A stretch of DNA of 59,393 bases, filler included, from Stramenopiles sp. TOSAG23-3 (taxonomy: Eukaryota), in assembly GCA_900128585.1 (NCBI GenBank). It is 6 parts of 6 records of this genome, joined end to end, with 100 filler letters (N's around TTAATTAATTAA, not from the genome) between each part and the next. Parts side by side here need not be neighbours in the genome. Positions count along the whole stretch, not along the records: positions 35,746 to 53,421 come from LT642442.1; 5 more parts are not named here. One strand, given 5' to 3'. The position numbers and the translations under genes are program-made. The notes under the pieces were generated by a model, which did no database searches, had not been told where the DNA came from, and saw nothing but the letters and a program-made list of their open reading frames with translations. Positions 40,869 to 52,065 of the stretch are shown here, piece by piece. How positions within the stretch are numbered: the first letter of the stretch is position 1; every line of letters begins with the position of its first letter.

Positions 40869-42234
40869 GAAAGACTACTACTACAAACAAACAAAAAATG
40901 TCTGTTAAAAGAGTTTTTTCTCCACGTATTTCCTCTTATTTGTACAAATTAATCAACTGCTGCGCCATACTCCCAGGAAGATGCACGAATATCGACCTTT
41001 TATAAACTTTAAATCAATAGTTTCGTATGTTCGTGTCCGCTAGACGACACAGCTTTTCCCACTCCCACCAACCGAGAAGAAGAGGAGGATGGATGATTGA
41101 TGATTGACGTCGTGATCGGATGGATGGGTGGGTGGGGGAGAAAGAAAGAAGATGAAGAAGAAAGCTTCTTCGATAAGTACCTAATTGATTCGATAATACA
41201 TTTATATTATTACATTTTAAGGGATTACGAGGATTAGTTGTCCTTCGGTGGTGAGTTGTACTCTGTACATTGTAGTATACAAAAAGCCCAAATAAAAATA
41301 ACAAACAAACTCTATGGTCTGTGGATGTTGTAAAAACTGAATTAAAAGGCGGTTAAGCTATATATTATTAAGGCGGTTAATTAAAATGAGACCACAATAC
41401 GAACAAATCACATGGTGGACTGTGCTGTGGTGCTGGAATATTTTATTATTGTCTTTGATTAATTATTTCATTTTATTACCTGATCCCCTCCCTCCTCCCC
41501 TCTGCACTCCCCCTAGTGGGCCACCTAGAAGAAGTTCGTACACCATAAGAAAAAAAAAGAACGAAAATAATAGAAGAAGACGACTCGACAAATTCAAAAA
41601 ACAAATGACAGGGAAACACCATCCTTCCTCCCACTCATTTGCTACTTATTATATAGGCAGAGAGGGCAGAAACAAAAAAATAAAAATATTGTTATATACT
41701 AAATAAAGTGTAAAAATAAAGCCATAATATTGGAATAAAATATAACATTCGTACCTATTTGTATGTAATTACAATCGTACATCATATCCATAAAAAATAA
41801 ACGACAAAACAAAAGGTACATAACACAGCAGAGGAAATAAACAAAAACTTCATGAGTATATTAAGATAGGAATAGTATTGAAAAAGACAGGACCACCGAA
41901 ACAATTGTATTTTTTACAAGTATCAATACTCATATACTTCTCCCCCTGTTTGTCATTTGTTTGTATGTGGTGTCGTAAAAATAATAATAATAATTGTTTG
42001 TCCCCTTCTTCCTTCTACTTGCTTGGTGGTAAAATCAACAAAATGATAATCGAAATGTGAGTGTGTTCCCAACACAAAAATCTTTTGTGTAGAAGAAGAA
42101 AGGTTCTTCGTTCAGATTTGAAATTGAAAAATGGTTCCAAACGCACGCACAATATTTATGTCAATAAAGCGATCCGGGTAAATTATCATACTGTACCACC
42201 TAATATTGTTTTCCCTCCGCACGGTTGTTCTACA

Positions 42235-45200
42235 ATGACGTCCCTTGCTGTGCGGACCCCTCCCCGTTTAGTTCGAAACTCGTCTCACTATTTTTTAGGT
42301 AGCAACGGGCGGGCACGAGCAGAGCACCGCGGAGAACGAGCTAGATCGTTCAGTTTCGACGAGGAGGTCAAGGTACGAAATGATGAAATATACCATGCTT
42401 CACCAGAACGCACGGGCTCGAAGGAAACGCTGTCCCCGAGACAGAGTCACAGCCCTATGAAGCGGAGTCATAGCGTGGCACAAATGGGTCGCACCACTAG
42501 GAATAGAACCAACCGCCAACCGTCGTTTCCAGGGATATATGTGGATAGCAGTTTCAGAGAAGGCGCGCATAAACCGGGTGTACAGAATAGGAACAAGGTT
42601 CCTGCCAGTGCAAGGCTTGCCGAAGCGGACAAAGAAAACAGAGCAAATCGAACTGGGAACAACTCTAATTTTGAAACGGAAGACACCGCGGACTACGTTG
42701 TTGACGCTCTGTCCAGGGCGCGGAAAAAGAAAGCTGGGGGGCAACTGATGGTGCGTTGGATATTAGATAGGGACTGCCAGATTTGCTTTTCGTGCCACGA
42801 AGACTTTAGTGTAGTCCGGCGGAAACACCATTGCCGCGCGTGCGGCGGTGTCTTCTGCGGCACGTGTTCCCGGTGGAAAAAAGTCCTGCCGCACTTGGGT
42901 TATACAGACAAAGAAACGAGGGTATGTAAATGGTGCTACGAAGACCAGCATCTTGCAGAAAAGTGCGCTGGTGTCAAAACCTTAGCCAATGGTGGCGGCG
43001 ACAAAGAAAATTTGCACGATGGGGAGAATAGGCCCATTTTTTTCACAAAGGTTGCACCGAAGTGGGTCGATGATTCAATTTCGGACCATTGCCAGCAGTG
43101 CGCAAAGGATTTTGGACAATTCGTAAGACGTCATCATTGTCGTGGTTGTGGAGCTTTGACTTGCCACGCTTGTACAATAAGAAAAATAAGCATGCCCGAG
43201 TATGGCTACCTGACCCCGGTCAGGGCATGTGTCACGTGCTCGTCTCCGAAAATATTGTCCACATCGATTGTAAAGACATCAGGGGGTTCTATGGAAATTA
43301 CCGGTAGAAATTTAGGAGCTGTCGCTGAGACCATCAGCATCGAGGTTGGTTCCAGCGCGACCATATGTGAAGACGTAGAAGTTTTGATCCCTGGGCACAA
43401 AATTCGCTGTTCTGTTCCACCAGGAACGGGTAAGCAGAATCAAATTAACGTAACCGTATGCCGCCTGACGGGGGCCAGCGTTTATTGTTACGCCGAACCA
43501 GTTGTTGCAGCAACTACAGAGGTTTACACACGCGGGGGCGAGCTGACCGTAACTGGCGACAATTTTGGGTCTGAACGAGAATTACTTCTGGTGGAATGGT
43601 TTAATAGCAGCACTAACAATTGGTCCGAAGCTACGGGCGTTGAGATATTGGTACCGCACAGAATTTTTAAATGTAATGTCGGAGCCGGTGCTGGCAAGCA
43701 TGCGCTCTTAAGAGTGTCAGTTTCAAGCCAAAGCTCGAGAGGGACATTTTCTTACATGCCGCCCCAAATTGTGGAAACATCCCCAGTCTCAGGCGCCGGT
43801 GGCAAAATTGATATTGTAGGATTGAATTTTGGCGCGAAAGCAGAGGTTATGTCCGTGAGAGTCGGGCAGTTGGAGTGCTCAGATATTAAGATAGTTGTGC
43901 CCCACACGAAAGTTTCTTGTATCGTTCCACGCTGTCCCAACGACCAGGATGATGCCCAATTCAAGGAAGGGCAGAGCGATGGGGGCAGATTCTCTTACCA
44001 TTCTCGCAGACAGAGGCAACGCTCCAACAGCGGTGACACAGAGTGCCAATTAATTGTGAAGGTGGAAGGGCAGGAAGGTGCAGGTAAAGTATACTACGTG
44101 AACGAGAAACAAGTAGCGGCTGTAAAACTCGCCAAAAACGTGTCCAAAAGACAAAACATGTCAACGAGGCCATCGGGCATGCCCGCGGCGAACGATAGAC
44201 GACGGCATGTATTGGAAAAAGCCCCATGGTTACCGAGCGAGAATGTAATTAAATGTATGCTGTGCGAGGGTGCATTCGGGTGGCTAAACCGAAAGCACCA
44301 CTGTCGTAATTGCGGAATAGTTGTTTGCCGGGTCTGCAGTTCAAACAACCAATACGTCGCAGCTTACAGAAGCATGCAAAGGGTGTGCAAAAAGTGTTTC
44401 AGGGCAATTTTATCCGACCGTGAAGAAATGGAGGTCCTTCATGCAGAAATGGAACATGTGCATGCATTGCAATCGGTGGAAGTGGGAAAACAGGTGCAGT
44501 TGCAGCAACAGTTAAGTCTCCTAAGACTGCAATCGGCGGACGGAAATATGCCTGAAATAGAGCGTCTAGAAGCACTATTGAGAGAACAAGAACGGCGTGC
44601 GGACGGGAAGCAAAGGCGATACGATCAATTGCACGCACGCCTAAGGCACTTGCAGTTGATCGTTGATGGAGGATCTTCTGAAAAAATGCGATCCCAAAGG
44701 AGCAGAAAGCTATCCGATTCCGTTCCCAGATTTAGCCCCACGAACGGGACAAACCACCAATCAGCGTTCGTTTCGACGGCAGGGGGGGGCGTGGGCGAAG
44801 TGTCCCAGAACGACCAAAAACGTGCTTCCGTCTCGAGCCCTTCGGCTTCTCCGGAAAGTAACCTCGCACCCCAACGCGTGATGTCACGAAAATCGTCCCG
44901 AGCGTCGCCCCCAATACCGCTCCCTTTGCCGCGGGAAGTCATTGCTGTCGCAAAGGAGGAGGCTGAAAATTCGGCAAGTGAAGTGCTGGAGAGTTCTGGT
45001 CTTTTGCGTGGGCGTGCACTGTCGGACTACTCACTGTGTAATTACAGCCAATCGCCGGTAAGGTCATGGGTGGGGGCCGCTAAGCCTACTTTGAGGCAGG
45101 GTGATACGGGAAGAAAACGTGGGACGCCAGTGTGGATCAAACGGATGCGTCCAAGTGGAAGCGTTGCAAATGGGGGAAGTTCAAGGGGGTCGTTCGTGTC

Positions 45201-47151
45201 AGCTTCGTCCTCTTTGATCGTTGCTAAATTCAGAGGCAACAAGTGCGTTTTGAAAGAGCTGCCGATGACAGACGAAAAGATTAGGAAGAAAATTGAGAGA
45301 GAGGTGGCTGTTCGCGGAATGTTTCGCGCCCCGTTGCACCCTGGGGTTGCACCTCTTGACGCAGTATTTTATGACAATTCGACTGCAAGAATGTACATGC
45401 ACTACAAGCTGGATGAAGTAGGAACCATGGCGGATTGGTTGGAAGCTGCAACACCGGCGTCGTGGGACATTCAAAGTGTGTTCCAACAAATATTTGCTGC
45501 GTTAGCTTACGTGCACAGCCACCAAATAGCCCACCAAAACATAAATTTAGAATCAGTCTACATAGGAATTGTAGGAGATGCTTCAGGTGAACTTGCGCGA
45601 CCTTTCATTAGCGATTTTACGGACGCAGTCGTGGTCCTGTCTGGAGGGCATGCTCTTAAGAACGACGGACACCAATCCATGAAAAAAAGCAGGGGAAACG
45701 TAGAGAGTGGGAATGGAGCGAGTTTTTTGGCACCTGAAATTATAGCAGGCGGAGAGCCCACTTTTGCAAGCGATTTGTGGTCCGTAGGAGTAATGCTGTA
45801 CAAGGCAACGTTTGGAACCGACCAGCAGCCCGTACCCTTAGGTGGACACCATGCTCCCATCCCTGAGACTAAAAATCCGCGATTGCGAGAACTTTTGGCT
45901 TCCATTTTGCAGGTGGAACCAAAAAATCGTATGTCCGCCCAGGCTTGTACAGCCCATCCATACTTCACTGTTTCGTTTGCGAGGGAAATTCATGAAAGTG
46001 GAAACATAATTTCTACGGAGGAGAAGATCAATACCTTCCGTTCCCATCTGTCTACTTTACCGAGACCGGACGCGGTGCAATTCTTGCGCCTTAGAAGGTC
46101 GCATCTTGTCTACGACGTATTGGACCGTTTCAAATCCTTCTCGGTTGGCAATTTGCAGAAACGGTTGATTGTTATGTACGAGAACGAGCCCGGGGTTGAT
46201 GCCGGGGGTCTCACAAAAGATATGTTTTGTCGCTTTTTTGACGGCCTAATGTCTTCGAATCTTGGCTTCTTCGAGTGCTGTAGTGAAGCGTCCGCAGGGA
46301 AACGATCTAAGGGAAGGGTCTACCTGCCTTGTGGAAAAGCCAATGCTGCAAGCGATGCGGCTTTTGAAGCGCTCGGAAAGCTCTTGGCAAAAGTTATTTT
46401 TGACGGTCAAACTATTTGCGCCCCGTTTCCGGAGAGCTTTTTTAAGTGCCTACTCGGTTTGCCTGTTTCCTTTCGGGACCTGGAGGAATATGACCCAGAA
46501 TTATACCACCAACTCTATGCAAACATACTGAATAAGAGTCTGACCCCTGAGTATTCCCAAGCCCTTTCTCTGGACTTTTATGGACTTATAGAAAACGGAG
46601 AAGATAGAGTTGTCACGGAAAGTAATAAACGAGAATACTTGCGGCTTACTGCAAAACAGAAGCTGATAGGAGAGCGAGCGAAACAGTTTGAGATGCTAAA
46701 ACGCGGATTTAATGTATTTCGGTTTGAAAACCACCTGAAACGCTTCAATGCAGCTGATCTTCTGATGCTGGTATCGGGCCCCTCCGAAATAACCGCCGAA
46801 ATGGTCATACAAAACATCGACTTTTCTCACGGGAACTGGAGAAATAGTAAGACCCTTGAGCACATCCAGCAATACATTTTTTCACTCGATCGATCGAAAA
46901 TAAAAAGGTTCTTACAGTTTGCCACAGGCAGTCCAAATTTACCTCTGGGTGGCCTTGGGCAGGACTGCGAGGGAGATCAACCTTCAATGGGGAAAATTAC
47001 ATTCACAAGATTGCCAAAGAGTACGAGGTTACCGGAGGCGCACACATGTTTCAATTGCATTGATCTAAGCGATTATCAAGATTATAATTTGCTGAGAAGA
47101 AGTTTTGACATAGCAATTGAGAATTATGCCGAAACGTTTGATTTGCTTTGA
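42235..47151 (+). CDS. HECT E3 ubiquitin ligase with three FYVE fingers, three IPT/TIG domains and a kinase-like domain
   Basis: First ATG 42235. RKHHCR/RRHHCR three times; GG-x-[ML]-x-[IV]-x-G-x-N-[FL]-G three times; CVLKE/FLAPE/SDLWSVG; EPGVDAGGL, RFLQFATG, LPEAHTCFN. Confidence 0.93.
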   Translation: MTSLAVRTPPRLVRNSSHYFLGSNGRARAEHRGERARSFSFDEEVKVRNDEIYHASPERTGSKETLSPRQSHSPMKRSHSVAQMGRTTRNRTNRQPSFPGIYVDSSFREGAHKPGVQNRNKVPASARLAEADKENRANRTGNNSNFETEDTADYVVDALSRARKKKAGGQLMVRWILDRDCQICFSCHEDFSVVRRKHHCRACGGVFCGTCSRWKKVLPHLGYTDKETRVCKWCYEDQHLAEKCAGVKTLANGGGDKENLHDGENRPIFFTKVAPKWVDDSISDHCQQCAKDFGQFVRRHHCRGCGALTCHACTIRKISMPEYGYLTPVRACVTCSSPKILSTSIVKTSGGSMEITGRNLGAVAETISIEVGSSATICEDVEVLIPGHKIRCSVPPGTGKQNQINVTVCRLTGASVYCYAEPVVAATTEVYTRGGELTVTGDNFGSERELLLVEWFNSSTNNWSEATGVEILVPHRIFKCNVGAGAGKHALLRVSVSSQSSRGTFSYMPPQIVETSPVSGAGGKIDIVGLNFGAKAEVMSVRVGQLECSDIKIVVPHTKVSCIVPRCPNDQDDAQFKEGQSDGGRFSYHSRRQRQRSNSGDTECQLIVKVEGQEGAGKVYYVNEKQVAAVKLAKNVSKRQNMSTRPSGMPAANDRRRHVLEKAPWLPSENVIKCMLCEGAFGWLNRKHHCRNCGIVVCRVCSSNNQYVAAYRSMQRVCKKCFRAILSDREEMEVLHAEMEHVHALQSVEVGKQVQLQQQLSLLRLQSADGNMPEIERLEALLREQERRADGKQRRYDQLHARLRHLQLIVDGGSSEKMRSQRSRKLSDSVPRFSPTNGTNHQSAFVSTAGGGVGEVSQNDQKRASVSSPSASPESNLAPQRVMSRKSSRASPPIPLPLPREVIAVAKEEAENSASEVLESSGLLRGRALSDYSLCNYSQSPVRSWVGAAKPTLRQGDTGRKRGTPVWIKRMRPSGSVANGGSSRGSFVSASSSLIVAKFRGNKCVLKELPMTDEKIRKKIEREVAVRGMFRAPLHPGVAPLDAVFYDNSTARMYMHYKLDEVGTMADWLEAATPASWDIQSVFQQIFAALAYVHSHQIAHQNINLESVYIGIVGDASGELARPFISDFTDAVVVLSGGHALKNDGHQSMKKSRGNVESGNGASFLAPEIIAGGEPTFASDLWSVGVMLYKATFGTDQQPVPLGGHHAPIPETKNPRLRELLASILQVEPKNRMSAQACTAHPYFTVSFAREIHESGNIISTEEKINTFRSHLSTLPRPDAVQFLRLRRSHLVYDVLDRFKSFSVGNLQKRLIVMYENEPGVDAGGLTKDMFCRFFDGLMSSNLGFFECCSEASAGKRSKGRVYLPCGKANAASDAAFEALGKLLAKVIFDGQTICAPFPESFFKCLLGLPVSFRDLEEYDPELYHQLYANILNKSLTPEYSQALSLDFYGLIENGEDRVVTESNKREYLRLTAKQKLIGERAKQFEMLKRGFNVFRFENHLKRFNAADLLMLVSGPSEITAEMVIQNIDFSHGNWRNSKTLEHIQQYIFSLDRSKIKRFLQFATGSPNLPLGGLGQDCEGDQPSMGKITFTRLPKSTRLPEAHTCFNCIDLSDYQDYNLLRRSFDIAIENYAETFDLL

Positions 47152-47699
47152 CGACTTTAATTGAGCAGTTTGGATGCTGTGATCATGTAAAAAAACGGAT
47201 CCGTTGCAGTTTTCTTTATTAGTGCTATACCAATATATTAGACGACTATAGTTTAACAATATTTTCTTTGCTGTGGATAACAAATAAATAATTTGGAGCC
47301 TATCGCCTCCTTCTATTTCAAAAAAAATATCTATTAGTTGCCTTGGTACAGGACTACTATAAAATACCGGAGGTACCATACAGCAGGAATAATACTGAAT
47401 GAACAAACGAAAAACTTCTCATTTAGTACGCTCCGGTCCGGTCGGGAACCTGTATTATACCGGGTACAGTGAGTAGTAGAATTCAAATTGTTTTATTAAT
47501 TGTAGTATTTTTTTATGCTGGCTATTACCGGTAACTTATTACAAATCACCACGGCAAACCAGAAATCGCCGGGTACAGATCGAATAGTTTTTATCACATT
47601 TATAACCGTGCCTGAAAAATCGAGCAGCCACCACACCGACCGTTTATAACCCAACACTCGATTAATTCGTACTTTCGACCGACGGTGGAACACAACCGC

Positions 47700-48401
47700 A
47701 TGGCTCTTAATTGGCGGTTTCACCAAGACGATGAGGGGCTGGGAAGTTTGTGGAAATATCGCTGTGAAATATGTACTTTGCGGTGTCCTTGTCCCCATGT
47801 TCCTAGGTATCGCCTTGCGGAAATGAACAAAAAACGAGTCAGTCAGTACCCTTTAAATGCGGATGCTGAAATATGCCATGAATTTTTCCGGACGAAATAC
47901 TGTACAAGTTACGAAGTCCGTGGCTGGTGCCATTTTGCTCATCCAGTCCCTAACTTAGTAATGCCGGTCAGACGGTGCGACGTATGCACGAAGAAAATTA
48001 CGAAAAAGTATTGCTATCTACACCGGCCACCAATCGGCGAATCGGTTGGCGATGACGACAAAGCAGTGTTAACAATCGGCAGTGACGTGAAGGAAAAATT
48101 TAAACCGGGTGAAATCGTTGGGTATAACAGCGCACTTGAAAGGTCTATTATTTATGGCATTGTTGCATATACTGAAGAAAATAAAAGGGTCTACGATGTC
48201 GCAGTTACAGCGACTGGTTCAAGGTTCATATCTGCTACTCATAATAAACTTTTTCGCATCCATGGCAATGTAAGTAAAGGATGGGAGAAAATCAAAAGGA
48301 TAGCAGCTTTTTTAGCCAAAAAGAGAAAAACATCTAAAAAGAAAAAAAAAGAAGAAAGTTCGGGGCCAGTCGATTGGAGCAAAATGTTTGGAAAATTTTA
48401 A
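47700..48401 (+). CDS. small zinc-finger protein (CCCH-like plus two C2-C-H motifs)
   Basis: First ATG 47700; CHEFFRTKYC...CHFAH; CEICTLRCPCPH; CDVCTKK...CYLH. Confidence 0.75.
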   Translation: MALNWRFHQDDEGLGSLWKYRCEICTLRCPCPHVPRYRLAEMNKKRVSQYPLNADAEICHEFFRTKYCTSYEVRGWCHFAHPVPNLVMPVRRCDVCTKKITKKYCYLHRPPIGESVGDDDKAVLTIGSDVKEKFKPGEIVGYNSALERSIIYGIVAYTEENKRVYDVAVTATGSRFISATHNKLFRIHGNVSKGWEKIKRIAAFLAKKRKTSKKKKKEESSGPVDWSKMFGKF

Positions 48402-48628
48402 AAGATACTTTTACTATTATACGTATTGACTACTGAAATTTCTTCCGATTCATCCCGACTCTTAAAATAAAAAAATGTACATTAAGAACGTTAATGTCTT
48501 GTTTTTTTTAAAATAAGAAAGGATATTTTAGTTCTCCGTATTATTTTACTTCTCGTTCAAAGTTTTTTTTTGATAAGATATCTTCGCACCACGTCTACGA
48601 TAAACGGGCGGGGCGCCCACTCTAATAT

Positions 48629-51118
48629 TTAGTAGCTTTTCAATTTCAATACTTGCACAGACAAACGCTTTTTTTCCGCCTCCAATTTTTGTGCCTGCTG
48701 CACAACGTCTGCTAAATGGTACTCTTTTTCTTGCAGCAATTGGCTCTCTTCCTGTAACTTGTTTCTCAAAGTTTTGATCAACTTTTCTTTCAACATTAGA
48801 TCAACGCCATATATTTTCTTCTCTACCTCCTCAACAGCGGTTCTCTCGCTAAGCAGTTTTTTTACTTCTAAGTCTTTCGGGTGCACTGTCCTCTCGACAT
48901 ACGAAGTTCTTCTATTCCTCTTTGTTCTCGCAGCAAGGACACGAATTTCCATGGCATGTGATAGATCTGCCCCTGCGCTGTTTTCAGTTCCTCCTTTTTT
49001 CTGTTCACCTTCTTTCTTGTGTTTCTCGTAGGTATCAAAGTTCGTCACAAAGCTTTCAATGAGAAAACCGGTCAATATAGGAACGAAAATCATGGTCATG
49101 ATAATACGAAAAGAAAAAAAGAAAATTTCAACCAGCACACTATAGTTGGGGCCAATGATCTTGTCCGAAGCCGCCATTACCATATTCCATGATGAAATCG
49201 TGAACATCTGAAACAGGGTAAGCATAGCGTTTAGCCCAGTTTCAAAGTTGAGCTGTTCAGCAAACGGGTACCAAGGTGTGCCAACCGCCTTTGCCTTGTT
49301 CTTCACATTCACGTAGTTGTGCAGAAGAGATTGGGACACAACAGCAAAGATGTAGACGGGCACAAACAAGATGAAGAATAGTTTCACCAATGAATTCCCA
49401 AGTTTTATTACAGTAAATAGGAGACCGTGCAATGTTTCACTGAGCCACAAAAACTTTAGGACCCTTAAAGTTCTTAGGGCAAGAGCAATGTTGTATAAAG
49501 TACCGCCCGAATCGCCTTTACCGGGGTTCAGCAGTTCGTAAAGCCACTCCCACGTAAAGAATATAATACCAGCAGCAACGCAGGTGAAATCCAAAACGTG
49601 CTCTCCATATGAGATGTACTTTGCCCAACCCATCGCGATGGATTTTAACGAGACCTCCACTGTGAACGCAAACAGTATGCACACACCCAGGGTTTCCCAA
49701 AACGCGTCCATGGCGTGGTTTTCGCCGGATGAGTTTGAAACGGACATGTAAAGCTGTACGATCGACAGAATCACCAGCATGTCCACGAATGCGTGTACTA
49801 CTTGGATTTTACAGCCCCAAACGACAATGTTGCAGTTTAGGTACCTTCGCATGCGTTTTTGAACCTTCTCCCAGTCTGTTAGCTCATGGTGATCATGAAG
49901 CTCGAGATGCTTTAAAGCCGACTTCGCATGTTTCGCCATGTTCGTCAATTCCTTGAAAGCATCAAATTCGACGTAGCCGTTTCCGGGCACGAGGGAAAAT
50001 TCAGAGTCACAGGCGTGAAATATTGTGTCAGCAACTTTTGGATGAGGAGATCCTTTCAGATCTGCAAAGACAATCCTCCACGTAGCTTGTGATACACGGC
50101 CATTAACTGCGATAATATCAAACGCAGCAACCAGAGCCTTGTGCGACCTATCCATGCTTGCAAAAAACTCTTTTTTCTGGTGTGCTTTGTACGATCTGTA
50201 GGCAGTCGCTAGAGTAATTTTTTGAAAAATCATAGTCGTTATGATCACAAAAAATATAAAGAAGATCGAAGCAAAGTTACCTGATGATGCATTTAAAGGT
50301 TCCATAACCCCAAGAACAGTTCCAGGTGCCGTTAAAATTAAGAGCATCGTGTGCATGCCATTTTGTGGAGACTCAAATTCTTTTGAATCGAACAAAACAA
50401 ACCCGATGAAGCCGAAAAACATGACGTCGCAAGCAATTAGAAACAATACCCTTACTATCCGAGTGGCCGCAAACAAGCATCCAACCAGAACAATTCGTAA
50501 GTTTGGCACACGAAAGACAAGCAGTAATGGCCTGGCAAACCTTGAGAACCTTAGTGAGTTCCCATCGTAGAATACAATAAAGATTAGAAACACAAGAAGA
50601 TCTACCAATTGAAAAAAGATGAGTAAGGCTCTTCCTTTTGTCCAAATTTCCGGCCCAGTCTTCGTGCCGTTTTCTTCAGTTGACCCCGACTCAAGTCTCC
50701 AAAACAGTAGAACATCGTAAAAGAAACATAGCAAAAATGCTGCCTCTGCCCCACATGAGACCTCTTTCTGGCCTTTAAACATAGAATCTGGAACAAGACC
50801 TTCAACCATGTATACAACGATTGACAGAACGTACAGTTTTTCCCACGCCGAACCGTGTAAGAATTTATGAGTCTCCAAGTCCTCGTGCCTCACGCCGTGC
50901 GCAATGCCTTGGCCGCTGAAGCTGTCCATGATATATAATGTCGCTTTGTCAACGTCATGGTCACTCAGGTTTGGCTTGCAATCGAAAGTCCCATCGTTCT
51001 TTTGCTCGCCTTTGATTAGTATATCATGAGAATCAGAACTCTTCTGAATCGTACTGGACGGGGACAGAAGTGGGACTTTCAATCTCTTTTCTTCAGGGTT
51101 TTGTGTATGACGGGACAT
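48629..51118 (-). CDS. two-pore channel (TPC family)
   Basis: Two 6-TM repeats with S4 motifs LRFSRFARPLL and LRTLRVLKFL; LNFETGLNAMLTLF...W pore; EF-hand-like linker; N-terminal PLL dileucine; C-terminal coiled coil. First ATG 51118. Confidence 0.88.
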   Translation of the reverse strand: MSRHTQNPEEKRLKVPLLSPSSTIQKSSDSHDILIKGEQKNDGTFDCKPNLSDHDVDKATLYIMDSFSGQGIAHGVRHEDLETHKFLHGSAWEKLYVLSIVVYMVEGLVPDSMFKGQKEVSCGAEAAFLLCFFYDVLLFWRLESGSTEENGTKTGPEIWTKGRALLIFFQLVDLLVFLIFIVFYDGNSLRFSRFARPLLLVFRVPNLRIVLVGCLFAATRIVRVLFLIACDVMFFGFIGFVLFDSKEFESPQNGMHTMLLILTAPGTVLGVMEPLNASSGNFASIFFIFFVIITTMIFQKITLATAYRSYKAHQKKEFFASMDRSHKALVAAFDIIAVNGRVSQATWRIVFADLKGSPHPKVADTIFHACDSEFSLVPGNGYVEFDAFKELTNMAKHAKSALKHLELHDHHELTDWEKVQKRMRRYLNCNIVVWGCKIQVVHAFVDMLVILSIVQLYMSVSNSSGENHAMDAFWETLGVCILFAFTVEVSLKSIAMGWAKYISYGEHVLDFTCVAAGIIFFTWEWLYELLNPGKGDSGGTLYNIALALRTLRVLKFLWLSETLHGLLFTVIKLGNSLVKLFFILFVPVYIFAVVSQSLLHNYVNVKNKAKAVGTPWYPFAEQLNFETGLNAMLTLFQMFTISSWNMVMAASDKIIGPNYSVLVEIFFFSFRIIMTMIFVPILTGFLIESFVTNFDTYEKHKKEGEQKKGGTENSAGADLSHAMEIRVLAARTKRNRRTSYVERTVHPKDLEVKKLLSERTAVEEVEKKIYGVDLMLKEKLIKTLRNKLQEESQLLQEKEYHLADVVQQAQKLEAEKKRLSVQVLKLKSY

Positions 51119-52065
51119 TGGCCAATGTAGATTTTGAGATAGCTGCGGATACAATACTTTCTCTATGGTTTGCGGTGCATATATATTGCATAACTCTCCA
51201 AACGATACACACGGTTTTATGGGACACCGACAGACGAAAAGCGGCAGGCACGCTCATGCTTTTTTCTCCCTCCCTCCACAACATGCAAGTAGTCGCAGCA
51301 AAAAATACTGCACCTTCTCTCTCCTCCTCCTCTTCTTCCTCATCGATCATCATCATATTTTTTTTTAACTTCTTCTGGCAATATTTTAAATAGACCTACT
51401 GTGTTAGTCCTACAGTATATTACTAATATAAAATAATATCTATTTTTTATCAACAAGCCACACCACACACCACCGTATATCAATATATAAAAACCAAGAA
51501 AAAAAAAATAATAACAGTTTTTCTTCCTTCTCCTTCTCCTTCCTCCTCCTTACTCCTTTCTCCTTTCATGTTTTGCGATAAAATAATTCAATGTTTTTTT
51601 GTATTTGTAATAATGTCCTATATAAATTGGTATAGTGAAAATAAAATAGCAAGCACTTTTTTTGGTTAAAATAATTAGTGTTTTCGTTATTTTACCTGTT
51701 ATTCAATGCTATTTTGTGTAACACTAACTCCCTGCTAGTTTTTTAATAATAATAATAAAATGATGAAAAAAAGTTCACACGTGTGAACACAAAACACACC
51801 ACACACACATATTTTACAACATAGTCCTATTAATAATAATAAAAAATATTGGAGTTCTCTATATATTCGGGCTACTTTTTCTCTTCGTCTGGGCAGTGAA
51901 CCAAGTAGAGATAAAAACTATTTCTGTACTTACCAAATGGTCGTAAATTGCACACCCTTATCCATACGTTTATGCTTCTCTGACTGCGAGATAAATACAA
52001 CAGAACTAGAATTTTAAGCAGGAAACGTGTCTGTGGAATGTGAATCGTACAACAATTTGCGCAAT

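Noticed and set aside
51937-52065. In-frame upstream ATG at 51937 that could add a targeting peptide to LpxC via TAA readthrough or code reassignment
   Set aside because: Blocked by TAA at 52015. TAA is a normal stop in many genes here, and the obvious GT..AG pairs do not restore the frame.
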